Assembly (NCBI GenBank): GCA_964537665.1
Contig: CAZIBP010000002.1
Span: 1-58,365, forward strand
Source of the DNA: an uncultured Pseudomonadales bacterium
GTDB lineage: Bacteria > Patescibacteriota > Microgenomatia > UBA1400 > PJMF01
Length of the DNA stretch: 58,365 nucleotides
Direction of reading: 5' to 3'
Below the pieces are notes generated by a model. That model saw nothing but the letters and a program-made list of their open reading frames with translations. It did no database searches and was not told the origin of the DNA. Shown here piece after piece: positions 9,697 through 18,978 of this stretch. The position numbers were made by a program, and so were the translations under genes. Positions within the stretch are counted from its first letter, which is position 1. Each line of letters opens with the position of its first letter.

Positions 9697-10412
9697 TCAC
9701 TAGTGCTTTAATCATTTGGTTTTACATGACAGCTTGGTATTTTGCTGCCCTTTTGAAGAAAAGAAATGACATCGCCGACGTAGCTTGGGGACTTGGTTTT
9801 ATTCTGGTCACTTTTTCTAGTTTCATTTTATCGCCATCATTCAAATTATTGATTTCCTTATTACTTATTTCTATTTGGGGTATTCGTTTGGCAACTCACA
9901 TATATAAACGCAACAAAAACAAAAAAGAAGATAAGCGCTATGAACAATTCAAAAGTAGCCCCTACCTAAAAGTCTTCATCACCCAAGGATTTTTCATGTG
10001 GCTAATTTGTTGGCCAGTGATTAATTCCGTTGGAGTTTTGCAATGGTTTAATTTATTTGGCATTTTAATTTGGCTATTTGGTTTTTATTTTGAAGCTCGA
10101 GCTGATAGAGAATTAAGAGCCTTTATTAGCAACAAAGCTAATAAAGTCAAAATTATGCAAAGTGGCTTGTGGTCACTCAGCCGTCACCCCAATTATTTTG
10201 GTGAAGTGACGATGTGGTGGGGGATTTGGTTGTTAAATATGAATGGGAATTGGTGGACTATCATTGGCCCTTTGACTATTACTTTTTTGATCTTAAGAGT
10301 CTCTGGTGTGCCACTCCTTGAAAAACGCTATGAAGGCAACCAAGAATTTGAGGATTACAAGAAAAGAGTCTCGGTATTTATTCCGTGGTGGCCAAAGAAA
10401 TCAAAGGAGTAG
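9693..10412 (+). CDS. DUF1295 / steroid 5-alpha-reductase-like membrane protein
   Basis: Polytopic membrane ORF with the C-terminal LWSLSRHPNYFGE motif typical of the DUF1295/ICMT-like superfamily. ATGA start/stop overlap with the upstream gene. Confidence 0.75.
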   Translation: MITSALIIWFYMTAWYFAALLKKRNDIADVAWGLGFILVTFSSFILSPSFKLLISLLLISIWGIRLATHIYKRNKNKKEDKRYEQFKSSPYLKVFITQGFFMWLICWPVINSVGVLQWFNLFGILIWLFGFYFEARADRELRAFISNKANKVKIMQSGLWSLSRHPNYFGEVTMWWGIWLLNMNGNWWTIIGPLTITFLILRVSGVPLLEKRYEGNQEFEDYKKRVSVFIPWWPKKSKE

Positions 10413-10418
10413 AAATTT

Positions 10419-11198
10419 ATGAAAAATCTGTTTTTAAAAATCTTCGTTCTCATTTCTTATTTATTAATGATCGCCGTCAATGCTTTAGCCAATATCTTGC
10501 CTATCAATGGCAATAACACTGGTGAAGTTTCCAATGCTTATCCAAATTTATTTGCCCCAGCTGCTATCACCTTTTCTATTTGGGGTTTGATCTATGCTCT
10601 TTTGGCTGCTTACACTCTTTACCAATTTGGTTTATTTCAAAAAGATCATGGCAAAAGTCGTACCACTTTATTTAAAAAGGTTGGCATTTATTTTAGTCTC
10701 ACTTCTGTCGCCAATATCTTGTGGATTTTTTCTTGGCATTATCGTTTGATTAGTTTGTCTTTGCTGCTCATGTTGGTGATTTTATTTTATTTAATTAAAA
10801 TTGCTGATCTATTACAAAAGCAAAAACTTTCTAACAAAGAAATATTTTTTATCAAAGCTCCTTTTAGCATTTATTTTGTTTGGATTACTGTGGCCACCAT
10901 CGCCAATGTGACTACTTTCTTAGTTAGTCTTGATTGGAATGGTTTTGGCTTATCAGATCAATTTTGGACTATATTAGTTCTTTTGGCGGGAGCGGCGATT
11001 GGGATTATTAGAACTATCAAAGATAAAAATATTTTTTATGGCGCTGTTTTGATTTGGGCGTATTTAGGGATTTTAATTAAACATACTTCTGTAGATGGAT
11101 TTAATTCTCAGTATCCAATGATTATTGGTGCGATAGGTGTCTGTCTAGTTACTTTTCTAGTGACGAATGGATTAGTTTTATTTAAAAAAAGTAAATAA
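10419..11198 (+). CDS. Trp-rich polytopic membrane protein, TspO/MBR-related (long form)
   Basis: The N-terminal NALANILPINGNNTGEVSNAYPNLFAPAAITFSIWGLIY segment resembles the ~260-aa tryptophan-rich sensory protein-like family. This is from memory. Confidence 0.5.
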   Translation: MKNLFLKIFVLISYLLMIAVNALANILPINGNNTGEVSNAYPNLFAPAAITFSIWGLIYALLAAYTLYQFGLFQKDHGKSRTTLFKKVGIYFSLTSVANILWIFSWHYRLISLSLLLMLVILFYLIKIADLLQKQKLSNKEIFFIKAPFSIYFVWITVATIANVTTFLVSLDWNGFGLSDQFWTILVLLAGAAIGIIRTIKDKNIFYGAVLIWAYLGILIKHTSVDGFNSQYPMIIGAIGVCLVTFLVTNGLVLFKKSK

Positions 11199-11216
11199 TT
11201 TTTAATTTAATATTTT

Positions 11217-11864
11217 ATGAATTTACATGATTTTTGTAAAAAATATGATATTTTACTAGATGAGCGCATAGATTTAGTGTCCTCCTATGCTCTTAATAAA
11301 ATGAGTCATTCTAAGAATCAACATCATGACGTCTTACACGTATATAGAATGTTTGATGATCTTGGCCATCTTTTAGATCTTAATAAAAAATTATTAAATA
11401 AAATTAATTTTCAAGTTTTATTGCCAGCAATTTGTTGGCATGATATTTGGATTTCAAAAAAACAAGCCAATAGTTTCTTAGAGCTACTTTGGCATCAATT
11501 GCTTGAGGGTCGCGGTTCTTCTAGACTTTTCAGTCTTTATGCCAAAGAGCTCATTCCTTCAAGCCTAGTTAATCAGATTGCCTACTGCATCAGAAAGCAT
11601 TCCAGCATTCAATTTCTTCCAACTTTTAATCTAGAAGCCAAGATTTTGGCTGATTTGGATAAGCTTGAAATGTGGAATATTTGTCGATTTTTAGATAAAG
11701 ATAAAACTATAGTATCTAAAAAATCACTGTATTCTAAATATTTGGTTAGAGCTTATTATAAATATTCTTGGTACGTAGGTTTATCTTTTAGTGAACTCAA
11801 TCCTAGATTTGAAGTTTTGAAAAATAATTATTTATCGAAACTATTAGATTCAGCAATGGACTAA
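11217..11864 (+). CDS. HD-domain protein (putative metal-dependent phosphohydrolase)
   Basis: H..HD context (NQHHDVLHVYRM) and a downstream CWHDIW motif. Confidence 0.55.
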   Translation: MNLHDFCKKYDILLDERIDLVSSYALNKMSHSKNQHHDVLHVYRMFDDLGHLLDLNKKLLNKINFQVLLPAICWHDIWISKKQANSFLELLWHQLLEGRGSSRLFSLYAKELIPSSLVNQIAYCIRKHSSIQFLPTFNLEAKILADLDKLEMWNICRFLDKDKTIVSKKSLYSKYLVRAYYKYSWYVGLSFSELNPRFEVLKNNYLSKLLDSAMD

Positions 11865-11891
11865 ATGTAATTAGCGGAATATAAAAATATT

Positions 11892-12494
11892 ATGATCAAA
11901 ATCGTTTATTTTGATTTCGGGGCTGTGCTTGTTAATTACGAAAAAGTTTTTAGCAAAATTTGTGCTGACTTTACTATAAATATTGAAGATTTTTGGAATT
12001 TATACAATCAACTTGATAATGATTTGGCTGTTGGCAGAATTAGCACAGAACAGTTTTGGCAAAAATGTGTCGATAAGTTCAATCTTAAAGTTCCCGTTGA
12101 CTATGATTTACTTGGTAATTGGGTTTCTGACTATGAAATTATTCAGCCAATTCATGACTTAATTTATTCATTAGAAAATAAGGTGGAAGTGGGAATTATT
12201 TCCAACATCCACAAAGGCTTATGGGAAAGATCATTCGAGCTTGGTTTGGTGCCAAAAATTAAATATAAGCAAGTTTATCTTTCATATCAACAAAAAATGG
12301 CCAAGCCAAATTTAGATATTTATCAAAAAGTCCAAAAAGAATCTGGTACTTTGCCAAATGAAATTTTATTTGTCGATGATAAAGCCGAAAACTTAGTTGT
12401 TCCGCAAAAATTAGGTTGGCAAACCGTGTTGTTTAGCGAGTCGCAAACGCAAGACGGCATCTCCCGCATCAAAAAAATGCTATCATTAAATTAG
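11892..12494 (+). CDS. HAD-superfamily hydrolase (subfamily IA-like)
   Basis: Motif I variant VYFDFGAVL, motif II GIISN and motif IV LFVDDKAEN. Confidence 0.75.
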   Translation: MIKIVYFDFGAVLVNYEKVFSKICADFTINIEDFWNLYNQLDNDLAVGRISTEQFWQKCVDKFNLKVPVDYDLLGNWVSDYEIIQPIHDLIYSLENKVEVGIISNIHKGLWERSFELGLVPKIKYKQVYLSYQQKMAKPNLDIYQKVQKESGTLPNEILFVDDKAENLVVPQKLGWQTVLFSESQTQDGISRIKKMLSLN

Positions 12495-15010
12495 TGCCGG
12501 ATTTATTAACTTCATCATTTATTGGTCTAACTGATCAGCAGGCAGCTGATTTGCTCAAACAGAATGGGTCAAATGTTTTAGTTTCACAGAAAAAATCAAA
12601 TATTTTCATACTCTTATTGAGAATTTTAGCTGAACCAATGCTGCTTTTATTAATTGGTAGCGGCGCGATTTATTTATTGATAGGCGAATCAAGTGACGCC
12701 TTGATGTTACTTTCAGCTGTTTTTGTGGTGATTGGAATTACTCTTTATCAAGAAAGAAAAACTGAGAAAACTCTGGAGGCATTGAGGAATTTAGCTAGCC
12801 CTAGAGCTTTGGTTATTAGAGATAGTCAACAAAAAGTGATACCTGGTTCTGAATTAGTTGTGTCTGACATAATTCTTATGCGTGAAGGAGATCGTGTCCC
12901 AGCTGATGTCAAAATTCTCACTTGTGAAAACCTCTCAGTTGATGAGTCCTTATTAACTGGTGAAGCAATTCCAGTTCGCAAGATCGCATTTAAGGATGAG
13001 CATATAATCAATCGACCAGGCGGTAATGATTTGCCTTTCGCTTATTCCGGTTCGCTGGTAATTTCAGGACACGCAATTGCACAAGTGATTGGCGTTGGTT
13101 CAAATACAGAAATTGGTAAAATTGGTCAAAGTTTAAATGAAATTAAAGAAGAAAAAACTTTGCTTCATCAACAAAGTCAAAAAATTGTTCGCATATTAGG
13201 TTTATTTGGATTGATCACTTGTTTGTTGGTGGCGATTATTTATGCTTTGAGTAAAGCTAATTTAGTCGCTGGTCTTTTGGCTGGTTTAACTTTGAGTATG
13301 GCTATGTTGCCCGAAGAGTTTCCAGTGATACTAACAATTTTTTTAACTTTGGGTGCGTGGCGACTTTCTAAAAGACAAGTTTTGACTAGAAAAGCTGCAG
13401 TCATTGAAACTTTGGGGGCAGCCACTGTTCTTTGTACCGACAAAACTGGAACACTAACTTTTAATAGAATGGATTTATCAAGCTTATATTGTGATGGTAT
13501 TAATTATGAAGTTACTTCTGATAGAAAAGTTTTAGCTCCTCAAATTCAAGACTTATTGGAAACATCTGTCTTAGCCAGTCAAGAAAATCCTTATGATCCA
13601 ATTGAAAAGGAACTGCATAGAGTGGCTAAAAATTATCAGCATCAAATGAAATTGGTCAAAGAGTATCAATTAAATCAAGAAATGTTGGCTTTATCTCACG
13701 TTTGGCAGTCTCAGGAACAAAATTATGTAGTTGCTTGTAAAGGTGCTCCAGAAGCAGTAATTGCTCTTTGTCATTTAGACTCAACCAAAACCGAAGAACT
13801 TATGCAAAAAGTTTTAGAGATGGCTGGGAAGGGCTTGCGCGTTCTGGCTGTAGCCAAAGCTTTTTACACCAAACAAGCTTTGCCACAAAATCAACATGAT
13901 TTTGCTTTCAAGTTTGTAGGTTTGCTTGGTTTTATTGATCCTCTTCGTGAAAGCGTCCCTCAAGCAATTAAAGAAGCGCAAAATGCTGGTATGAGAGTGA
14001 TTATGATTACTGGTGATTATCCTGGTACCGCTGCTTATCTTGCCAAGCAAATTGATTTAGCCAATCCCAACAATATTTTAACAGGTGCAGATTTAAAAGT
14101 TCTAAGCTCAAGTCAGTTGCAGGAAAAAATTAAAACAACTAACGTTTTTGCTCGAGTTTTACCAGAACAAAAATTATTAATTGTCAAAGCATTGAAAGCT
14201 AACGGAGAAATAGTGGCCATGACTGGAGATGGAGTCAATGATGCGCCTGCTCTGAAGGCAGCTCACATTGGAATTGCGATGGGTGAAAGGGGAACAGATG
14301 TGGCTCGTGAAGCGGCTGCTCTTGTCTTGCTTAATGATGATTTCTCATCTATTGTTGCCGCCACTAGACTTGGCCGACGAATTTATAACAATATTAAGAG
14401 AGCGATGGGCTACGTGATTGCTATTCATGTACCAATTGCTGGAATGGCTTTCTTGCCGCTCCTCTTTGGTTTCCCAGCAGTTTTACTGCCAGCCCATATT
14501 GCTTTCATGGAACTAATTATTGATCCGGCTTGTTCGACTGTTTTTGAGGCAGAAGAAGAGGAAAAAGATATTATGAAGCAAGCTCCTCGAAATTTGTTGG
14601 AGCCACTTTTTAAACCAAGTATAATGATTGTAAATTTCTTACAAGGCTTAGGAGTGCTATTTGCTTCTTTGGCTTTATTTATGATCGGTGTTTACGCTGG
14701 CAAAAGTGAAGATCAAACTAGAGCTTTTGCCTTTACTTCTTTGGTACTTGGCAATTTACTTTTAATTATTGTTAATTTGTCTTGGAAACAAAACATTTTT
14801 CAAATTATTGGTTCTGCTAACAAAATTCTAAAATGGATTATTTTTTTAATTTTACTAGCTCTTTTGGCCGTTTTATACATTCCAAGTCTTTCCCAACTTT
14901 TTCACTTATCTCCCCTGCATTTTTATGATTTGATTTTAGTCATTGTGATGGTCTTTTTAAGTTTGGCGTGGTTTGAAGTTTTAAAAGCTTTCAAAAATCG
15001 TGTATATTAA
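12494..15010 (+). CDS. P-type cation-transporting ATPase (type II, Ca2+/Mg2+-like)
   Basis: DKTGTLT phosphorylation site, TGES-like LTGEA, MITGD and TGDGVNDAPALK hinge, ~10 TM helices. GTG start overlaps the upstream stop by 1 nt. Confidence 0.9.
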   Translation: MPDLLTSSFIGLTDQQAADLLKQNGSNVLVSQKKSNIFILLLRILAEPMLLLLIGSGAIYLLIGESSDALMLLSAVFVVIGITLYQERKTEKTLEALRNLASPRALVIRDSQQKVIPGSELVVSDIILMREGDRVPADVKILTCENLSVDESLLTGEAIPVRKIAFKDEHIINRPGGNDLPFAYSGSLVISGHAIAQVIGVGSNTEIGKIGQSLNEIKEEKTLLHQQSQKIVRILGLFGLITCLLVAIIYALSKANLVAGLLAGLTLSMAMLPEEFPVILTIFLTLGAWRLSKRQVLTRKAAVIETLGAATVLCTDKTGTLTFNRMDLSSLYCDGINYEVTSDRKVLAPQIQDLLETSVLASQENPYDPIEKELHRVAKNYQHQMKLVKEYQLNQEMLALSHVWQSQEQNYVVACKGAPEAVIALCHLDSTKTEELMQKVLEMAGKGLRVLAVAKAFYTKQALPQNQHDFAFKFVGLLGFIDPLRESVPQAIKEAQNAGMRVIMITGDYPGTAAYLAKQIDLANPNNILTGADLKVLSSSQLQEKIKTTNVFARVLPEQKLLIVKALKANGEIVAMTGDGVNDAPALKAAHIGIAMGERGTDVAREAAALVLLNDDFSSIVAATRLGRRIYNNIKRAMGYVIAIHVPIAGMAFLPLLFGFPAVLLPAHIAFMELIIDPACSTVFEAEEEEKDIMKQAPRNLLEPLFKPSIMIVNFLQGLGVLFASLALFMIGVYAGKSEDQTRAFAFTSLVLGNLLLIIVNLSWKQNIFQIIGSANKILKWIIFLILLALLAVLYIPSLSQLFHLSPLHFYDLILVIVMVFLSLAWFEVLKAFKNRVY

Positions 15011-15015
15011 TAATA

Positions 15016-15669
15016 ATGCTAGAAAAAATTAAAACAGCACTTTTTGGCAATCAAGTTGAAGAGAAGTTGGGACCAATTAGTGCAGATGTTAATCAAAATC
15101 AGTCAGATCAAACTGCTAGTGTACGTATGCCAGAGCAGTTTAAAATGGAAAAATCTCGAGTAGCACCTGGCTTATATAGGCCAATTCCAGAGGAGACTTT
15201 GGTTGAGTGGGATGCTCCAGCTCGGCCGTTTAAGAAGCGTAATCGTCAATTTTTTAGCACAGTGATGATCATTGCTATTTTGATTTCCTTGATTTTATTT
15301 TTTGCTGGCCAAGTTTTGCCGGTGGCAGTAGTGATTTCAGTAGTGTTTTTACTTTATGTCACTGCTGTTGTGCCTCCCCAAAAACTGCACTACAAATTAA
15401 CTAACTATGGTATTTACATCGAAAATGAAGCTTTTTCTTGGCTTAATATGGGTCGTTTTTGGTTTGATCACAAAGCAGGACAGAGAGTTTTGGAAATTGA
15501 GCTTTATAAATTTCCTGGTCGTTTAACTTTTGTTCTCATTGATGGACAAACACCCAGAGAGCAAGATTTGGCAAATGTTTTATCTGAAGTTTTGATCAAG
15601 GAAAAACCAGCATTAACTACTTACGAAAAAATTGCTGCGTGGCTCAAGGATAAAATCCCCCTAGAGTAA
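15016..15669 (+). CDS. Hypothetical membrane protein (two central TM helices)
   Basis: 217-aa ORF with a hydrophilic N-terminus, a TM hairpin (FSTVMIIAILISLILFFAGQVLPVAVVISVVFLLYV) and a soluble C-terminus. Confidence 0.6.
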   Translation: MLEKIKTALFGNQVEEKLGPISADVNQNQSDQTASVRMPEQFKMEKSRVAPGLYRPIPEETLVEWDAPARPFKKRNRQFFSTVMIIAILISLILFFAGQVLPVAVVISVVFLLYVTAVVPPQKLHYKLTNYGIYIENEAFSWLNMGRFWFDHKAGQRVLEIELYKFPGRLTFVLIDGQTPREQDLANVLSEVLIKEKPALTTYEKIAAWLKDKIPLE

Positions 15670-15697
15670 AGATAATATTTTTTGCTATCATGTATTT

Positions 15698-16237
15698 ATG
15701 ATTAAAAAAGACTCCGTAGATGTTTTAGCAGTTATTGAGCATAGGCAATTGCAGTTGGCAATTGCTCTGTCTTCATTAATTTTTCTGATTCCTTTTTTTG
15801 TGCACCAACAGTTTTTAACTGGACCAATTATTAATGCTTTACTAATATTATCCTTGCTTTATTTAGGTAAGAGCCAAGCATTTTTTCTAGCTTTAATTCC
15901 TAGCAGCGTAGCTCTTTCGCGTGGTTTATTGCCTTTGGCTTTAGCCCCAATGGTGCCATTTATCATGATTAGCAACTGCTTATATATAGAGGCTTTTGCT
16001 CGTTTGACTACTGCTAAGCTAAGCAATGGGTTTGTAGCAGTTTTCGCGGCGTCATTATTTAAAACAATTTTTCTTTTTTTAATTTCCAAATTACTTATGG
16101 AAAATATTTTAGCGGCGCCACTAGCTAGTAAAATTGCGGTGATGATGTCTTGGCCACAATTATGGACAGCTTTACTGGGAGGAGTTTTGGCTTTGTTAAT
16201 TGATCAAGGACTCAAAAAAGGCTATGTATCAAGATGA
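15698..16237 (+). CDS. Polytopic membrane protein of unknown function, immediately upstream of the hydrogenase genes
   Basis: 179-aa hydrophobic ORF. TGcTATCAT ends 6 nt before the ATG. Its 3' end overlaps the NuoF-like gene. Confidence 0.55.
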   Translation: MIKKDSVDVLAVIEHRQLQLAIALSSLIFLIPFFVHQQFLTGPIINALLILSLLYLGKSQAFFLALIPSSVALSRGLLPLALAPMVPFIMISNCLYIEAFARLTTAKLSNGFVAVFAASLFKTIFLFLISKLLMENILAAPLASKIAVMMSWPQLWTALLGGVLALLIDQGLKKGYVSR

Positions 16238-17240
16238 ATTGCTATTAGAGATTGAACGGGCCAATTTAGTTGGTCGTGGTGGTGCGGCTTTTCCAGTTCA
16301 TCGCAAGTGGCGTCGGATCAAAGATTTGACCAATCCAAAAAAATATATAGTTTGTAATGCGAGTGAAGGTGAACCTGCGGTCAATAAAGATTTTTTTCTT
16401 TTGCAAAATTTTACGGCAGAAGTGATCAAAGGCATGCTTTTGGCGATGGATTTTTTAGCTAGTAAAGAAGCTTACCTTTATATTAATAAAAATTATTATC
16501 AAGCTCTTGCCAAAAAAATTGATCCGATTCTAGCTTTTTGTCGACAAAAAGGATATCTCATCAATCTTTTTCAGGAAGAACCTAGTTACATAGGTGGTGA
16601 AACTGGAGCGCTCTTAAACGCAATTGAAGGCAAAAAAGTTCAGCCACGTCATCAATCTCCCAGCCCCTCGGTTTTAGGAATTTTTGGTTCGCCAGTTCTT
16701 TTGCACAATGTGGAAACTTTCTATGATATTGCTTGTGTAGCTGCCAATAAATTCGATCAAACTCGTTTGAGCACTATCTCTGGAGCAGTTTCTCATCCTG
16801 GCGTTTATCGCGTTGCCAATCAAGCTAAAGTTATTGAAATTTTAAAAATGACCAACAATTTGCCGGATTTTGATTTTTTTGTCCAAGTGGGTGGTGGGGC
16901 CAGTGGTGAAGTTTTAAATTCTACCCAAGCACAAACTGCCATTCTAAGTGGCAGCGGTTCGATTGGAGTTTACCAGGCAAATCTCAGCCCTTACGCTTTT
17001 TTAAATCAACTTTTTATTTTTTACGCCAAGGAGAGTTGCGGTAAATGCACACCTTGTCGTGATGGCTCTTGGCAGTTAATGGATCTTTTGGCTAATCTGG
17101 AGGACAAAAATGTAATTCCTTGGTCCAAAATTACGCCAATTATCAAAGTGATGGATAAAGGTTCTTTTTGTGGTTTGGGTAAATCAATTGCCCTGCCGGT
17201 TAGAAGTTACGCTAAAAATATATTGAATTTGGAAATCTAA
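16224..17240 (+). CDS. NuoF/HydB-like flavoprotein subunit (NADH-binding 51-kDa family), short form
   Basis: GRGGAAFP, CNASEGEPAVNKD, IGGETGALLNAIEG (FMN/NADH region) and the ESCGKCTPCRDG [4Fe-4S] motif. ATG at 16224 preferred over the TTG at 16200. Confidence 0.85.
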   Translation: MYQDELLLEIERANLVGRGGAAFPVHRKWRRIKDLTNPKKYIVCNASEGEPAVNKDFFLLQNFTAEVIKGMLLAMDFLASKEAYLYINKNYYQALAKKIDPILAFCRQKGYLINLFQEEPSYIGGETGALLNAIEGKKVQPRHQSPSPSVLGIFGSPVLLHNVETFYDIACVAANKFDQTRLSTISGAVSHPGVYRVANQAKVIEILKMTNNLPDFDFFVQVGGGASGEVLNSTQAQTAILSGSGSIGVYQANLSPYAFLNQLFIFYAKESCGKCTPCRDGSWQLMDLLANLEDKNVIPWSKITPIIKVMDKGSFCGLGKSIALPVRSYAKNILNLEI

Positions 17241-18971
17241 ATGCCAAAAACAGTGACAATTTACATTGATGACAAGGCCTATCAAGCAGAAGAAGGTCAA
17301 AATATTTTGCAGCTAGCCCTATCCAATCAGCTAGATATTCCTCACCTGTGTTATCACGAAGATTTAGCGATTGAAGCCAATTGTCGTTTGTGTTTGGTAG
17401 AACACGAAGGAGAAATTACTACTTCTTGCACTTTAAGAGCAACTGATGGCCTGAGAATTAAGACTAATGGGGCAGATTTAGTTAAGCTCCGCCAAGAAAA
17501 TCTTAAATTACTTTTAGCATCACATCAAGAGAATTGTCCCAAGTGTCAAAAAAACTTACCTTGTCCAGCTTTTGGCTTGATGCAAAAATACGGCGTAACC
17601 GGTCAGGAATATAAAAGAAAAATGCTTGATTTAGCAGTCCATAAAATGGGCATGGCGGCTGAATTTGATCCAAATCTTTGCGTGCGTTGTGGTCGTTGTG
17701 TTAATGCTTGTGCAGATATTGGAATTAATTTTCTCAAAATTGAAGGTAAAAATAGTGATATTCATTTAACTTACAATAAGAATCCTAAAGTAGATTGCAT
17801 TTATTGTGGACAGTGCACAGTACATTGTCCAGTGAATGCCATTCGTGAGCAGAGTCATTTGGAGCAAGTGGAAGCAGCTCTCAGGGATCCAGGAAAAACA
17901 GTCATCGTACAGATGGCTCCTTCAGTACGCACTAGTATTGGTGAGGAATTTGCCCAAAAACCAGGTACCAATTTGGAGAAAAAGATGTTTACCGCTTTAC
18001 GTCAATTAGGTTTTGACAAAATTTTTGATGTTAATACTGGTGCAGACATCACTACTTTAGTTGAGGCTAAAGAATTAAGTGATCGGCTCAAAAAAAAGTT
18101 CGCTGGAGGAGAAACAGTTTTACCCATGTTTACCTCTTGTTGTCCAGGTTGGGTTAAATTTTTGGAATTTTATTATCCAGAATTAATCAAGCATTTAACT
18201 ACAGCTAGATCGCCTCATATTCATTCTGGAGGGGCTTATAAAACTTGGTGGGCACAGAAAGTTGGAATTAGTCCAGACAAAATTGTGGTGGTTTCGTTGA
18301 TGCCCTGTACTTCAAAGAAATATGAGGCAGAGTTGGCGAAGTTGAGCTTTGAATTTGAAGGCTATCAAATTAAACCAGTTGATTACGTGCTAACAACTCG
18401 AGAAATTGCTGCTCTACTTAAAAAGAATCAGATTGATTTGCCAAATCTTACTGAGAGTGAAGCTGATAGCGAAGGTGAATATAGTGGAGCAGCGGCAATT
18501 TATGGAGCTTCTGGAGGAGTGATGGAATCAGCTCTACGTAGCGCTGCTTTAATGTTAACTGGTCAGGAATTAGCTAAAATAGATTTGGAAGAAGTCAGAG
18601 GTATGAAAGGTATTAAGCGTGCCACTATTAAAATAGCTGAACACGAAATCAAGGTTGCTGTGGTAGCTACTGCTAGGAATGCACGCAATATTTTGGAAAA
18701 GATCAAACGCGGATTGGAAACTTATGATTACATAGAATTTATGGCTTGCCCTGGTGGTTGTATTGGCGGCGGCGGCCAACCTTTGACTGGTACGGTAGAT
18801 ATCATCAAACAGCGAATTGCTAGTTTGTACGCAATTGACGCTGAGAAGAAAATTCGTCGAGCTCACCAAAACAAAACAGTTCAAGAATTTTTTACTTATT
18901 TAGCAGATAAGCCTTCATTAGCCAAAAAAATCTTGTATACTACTTATTCGGCAAAAGATAAATTTGATTAG
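17241..18971 (+). CDS. hydA: [FeFe]-hydrogenase catalytic subunit
   Basis: N-terminal 2Fe-2S ferredoxin-like domain and two CxxCxxCxxxCP ferredoxin motifs. H-cluster motifs FTSCCPGW, MPCTSKKYE and EFMACPGGCIGGGGQP. Confidence 0.9.
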   Translation: MPKTVTIYIDDKAYQAEEGQNILQLALSNQLDIPHLCYHEDLAIEANCRLCLVEHEGEITTSCTLRATDGLRIKTNGADLVKLRQENLKLLLASHQENCPKCQKNLPCPAFGLMQKYGVTGQEYKRKMLDLAVHKMGMAAEFDPNLCVRCGRCVNACADIGINFLKIEGKNSDIHLTYNKNPKVDCIYCGQCTVHCPVNAIREQSHLEQVEAALRDPGKTVIVQMAPSVRTSIGEEFAQKPGTNLEKKMFTALRQLGFDKIFDVNTGADITTLVEAKELSDRLKKKFAGGETVLPMFTSCCPGWVKFLEFYYPELIKHLTTARSPHIHSGGAYKTWWAQKVGISPDKIVVVSLMPCTSKKYEAELAKLSFEFEGYQIKPVDYVLTTREIAALLKKNQIDLPNLTESEADSEGEYSGAAAIYGASGGVMESALRSAALMLTGQELAKIDLEEVRGMKGIKRATIKIAEHEIKVAVVATARNARNILEKIKRGLETYDYIEFMACPGGCIGGGGQPLTGTVDIIKQRIASLYAIDAEKKIRRAHQNKTVQEFFTYLADKPSLAKKILYTTYSAKDKFD

Positions 18972-18978
18972 GTGCCTT

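Noticed and set aside
1-12000. Integrated mobile element or prophage at tRNA-Ser
   Set aside because: I could find no integrase, recombinase, phage or transposase gene and no direct repeat of the tRNA 3' end downstream. Only the weak 'accessory islet' reading is kept as a finding.
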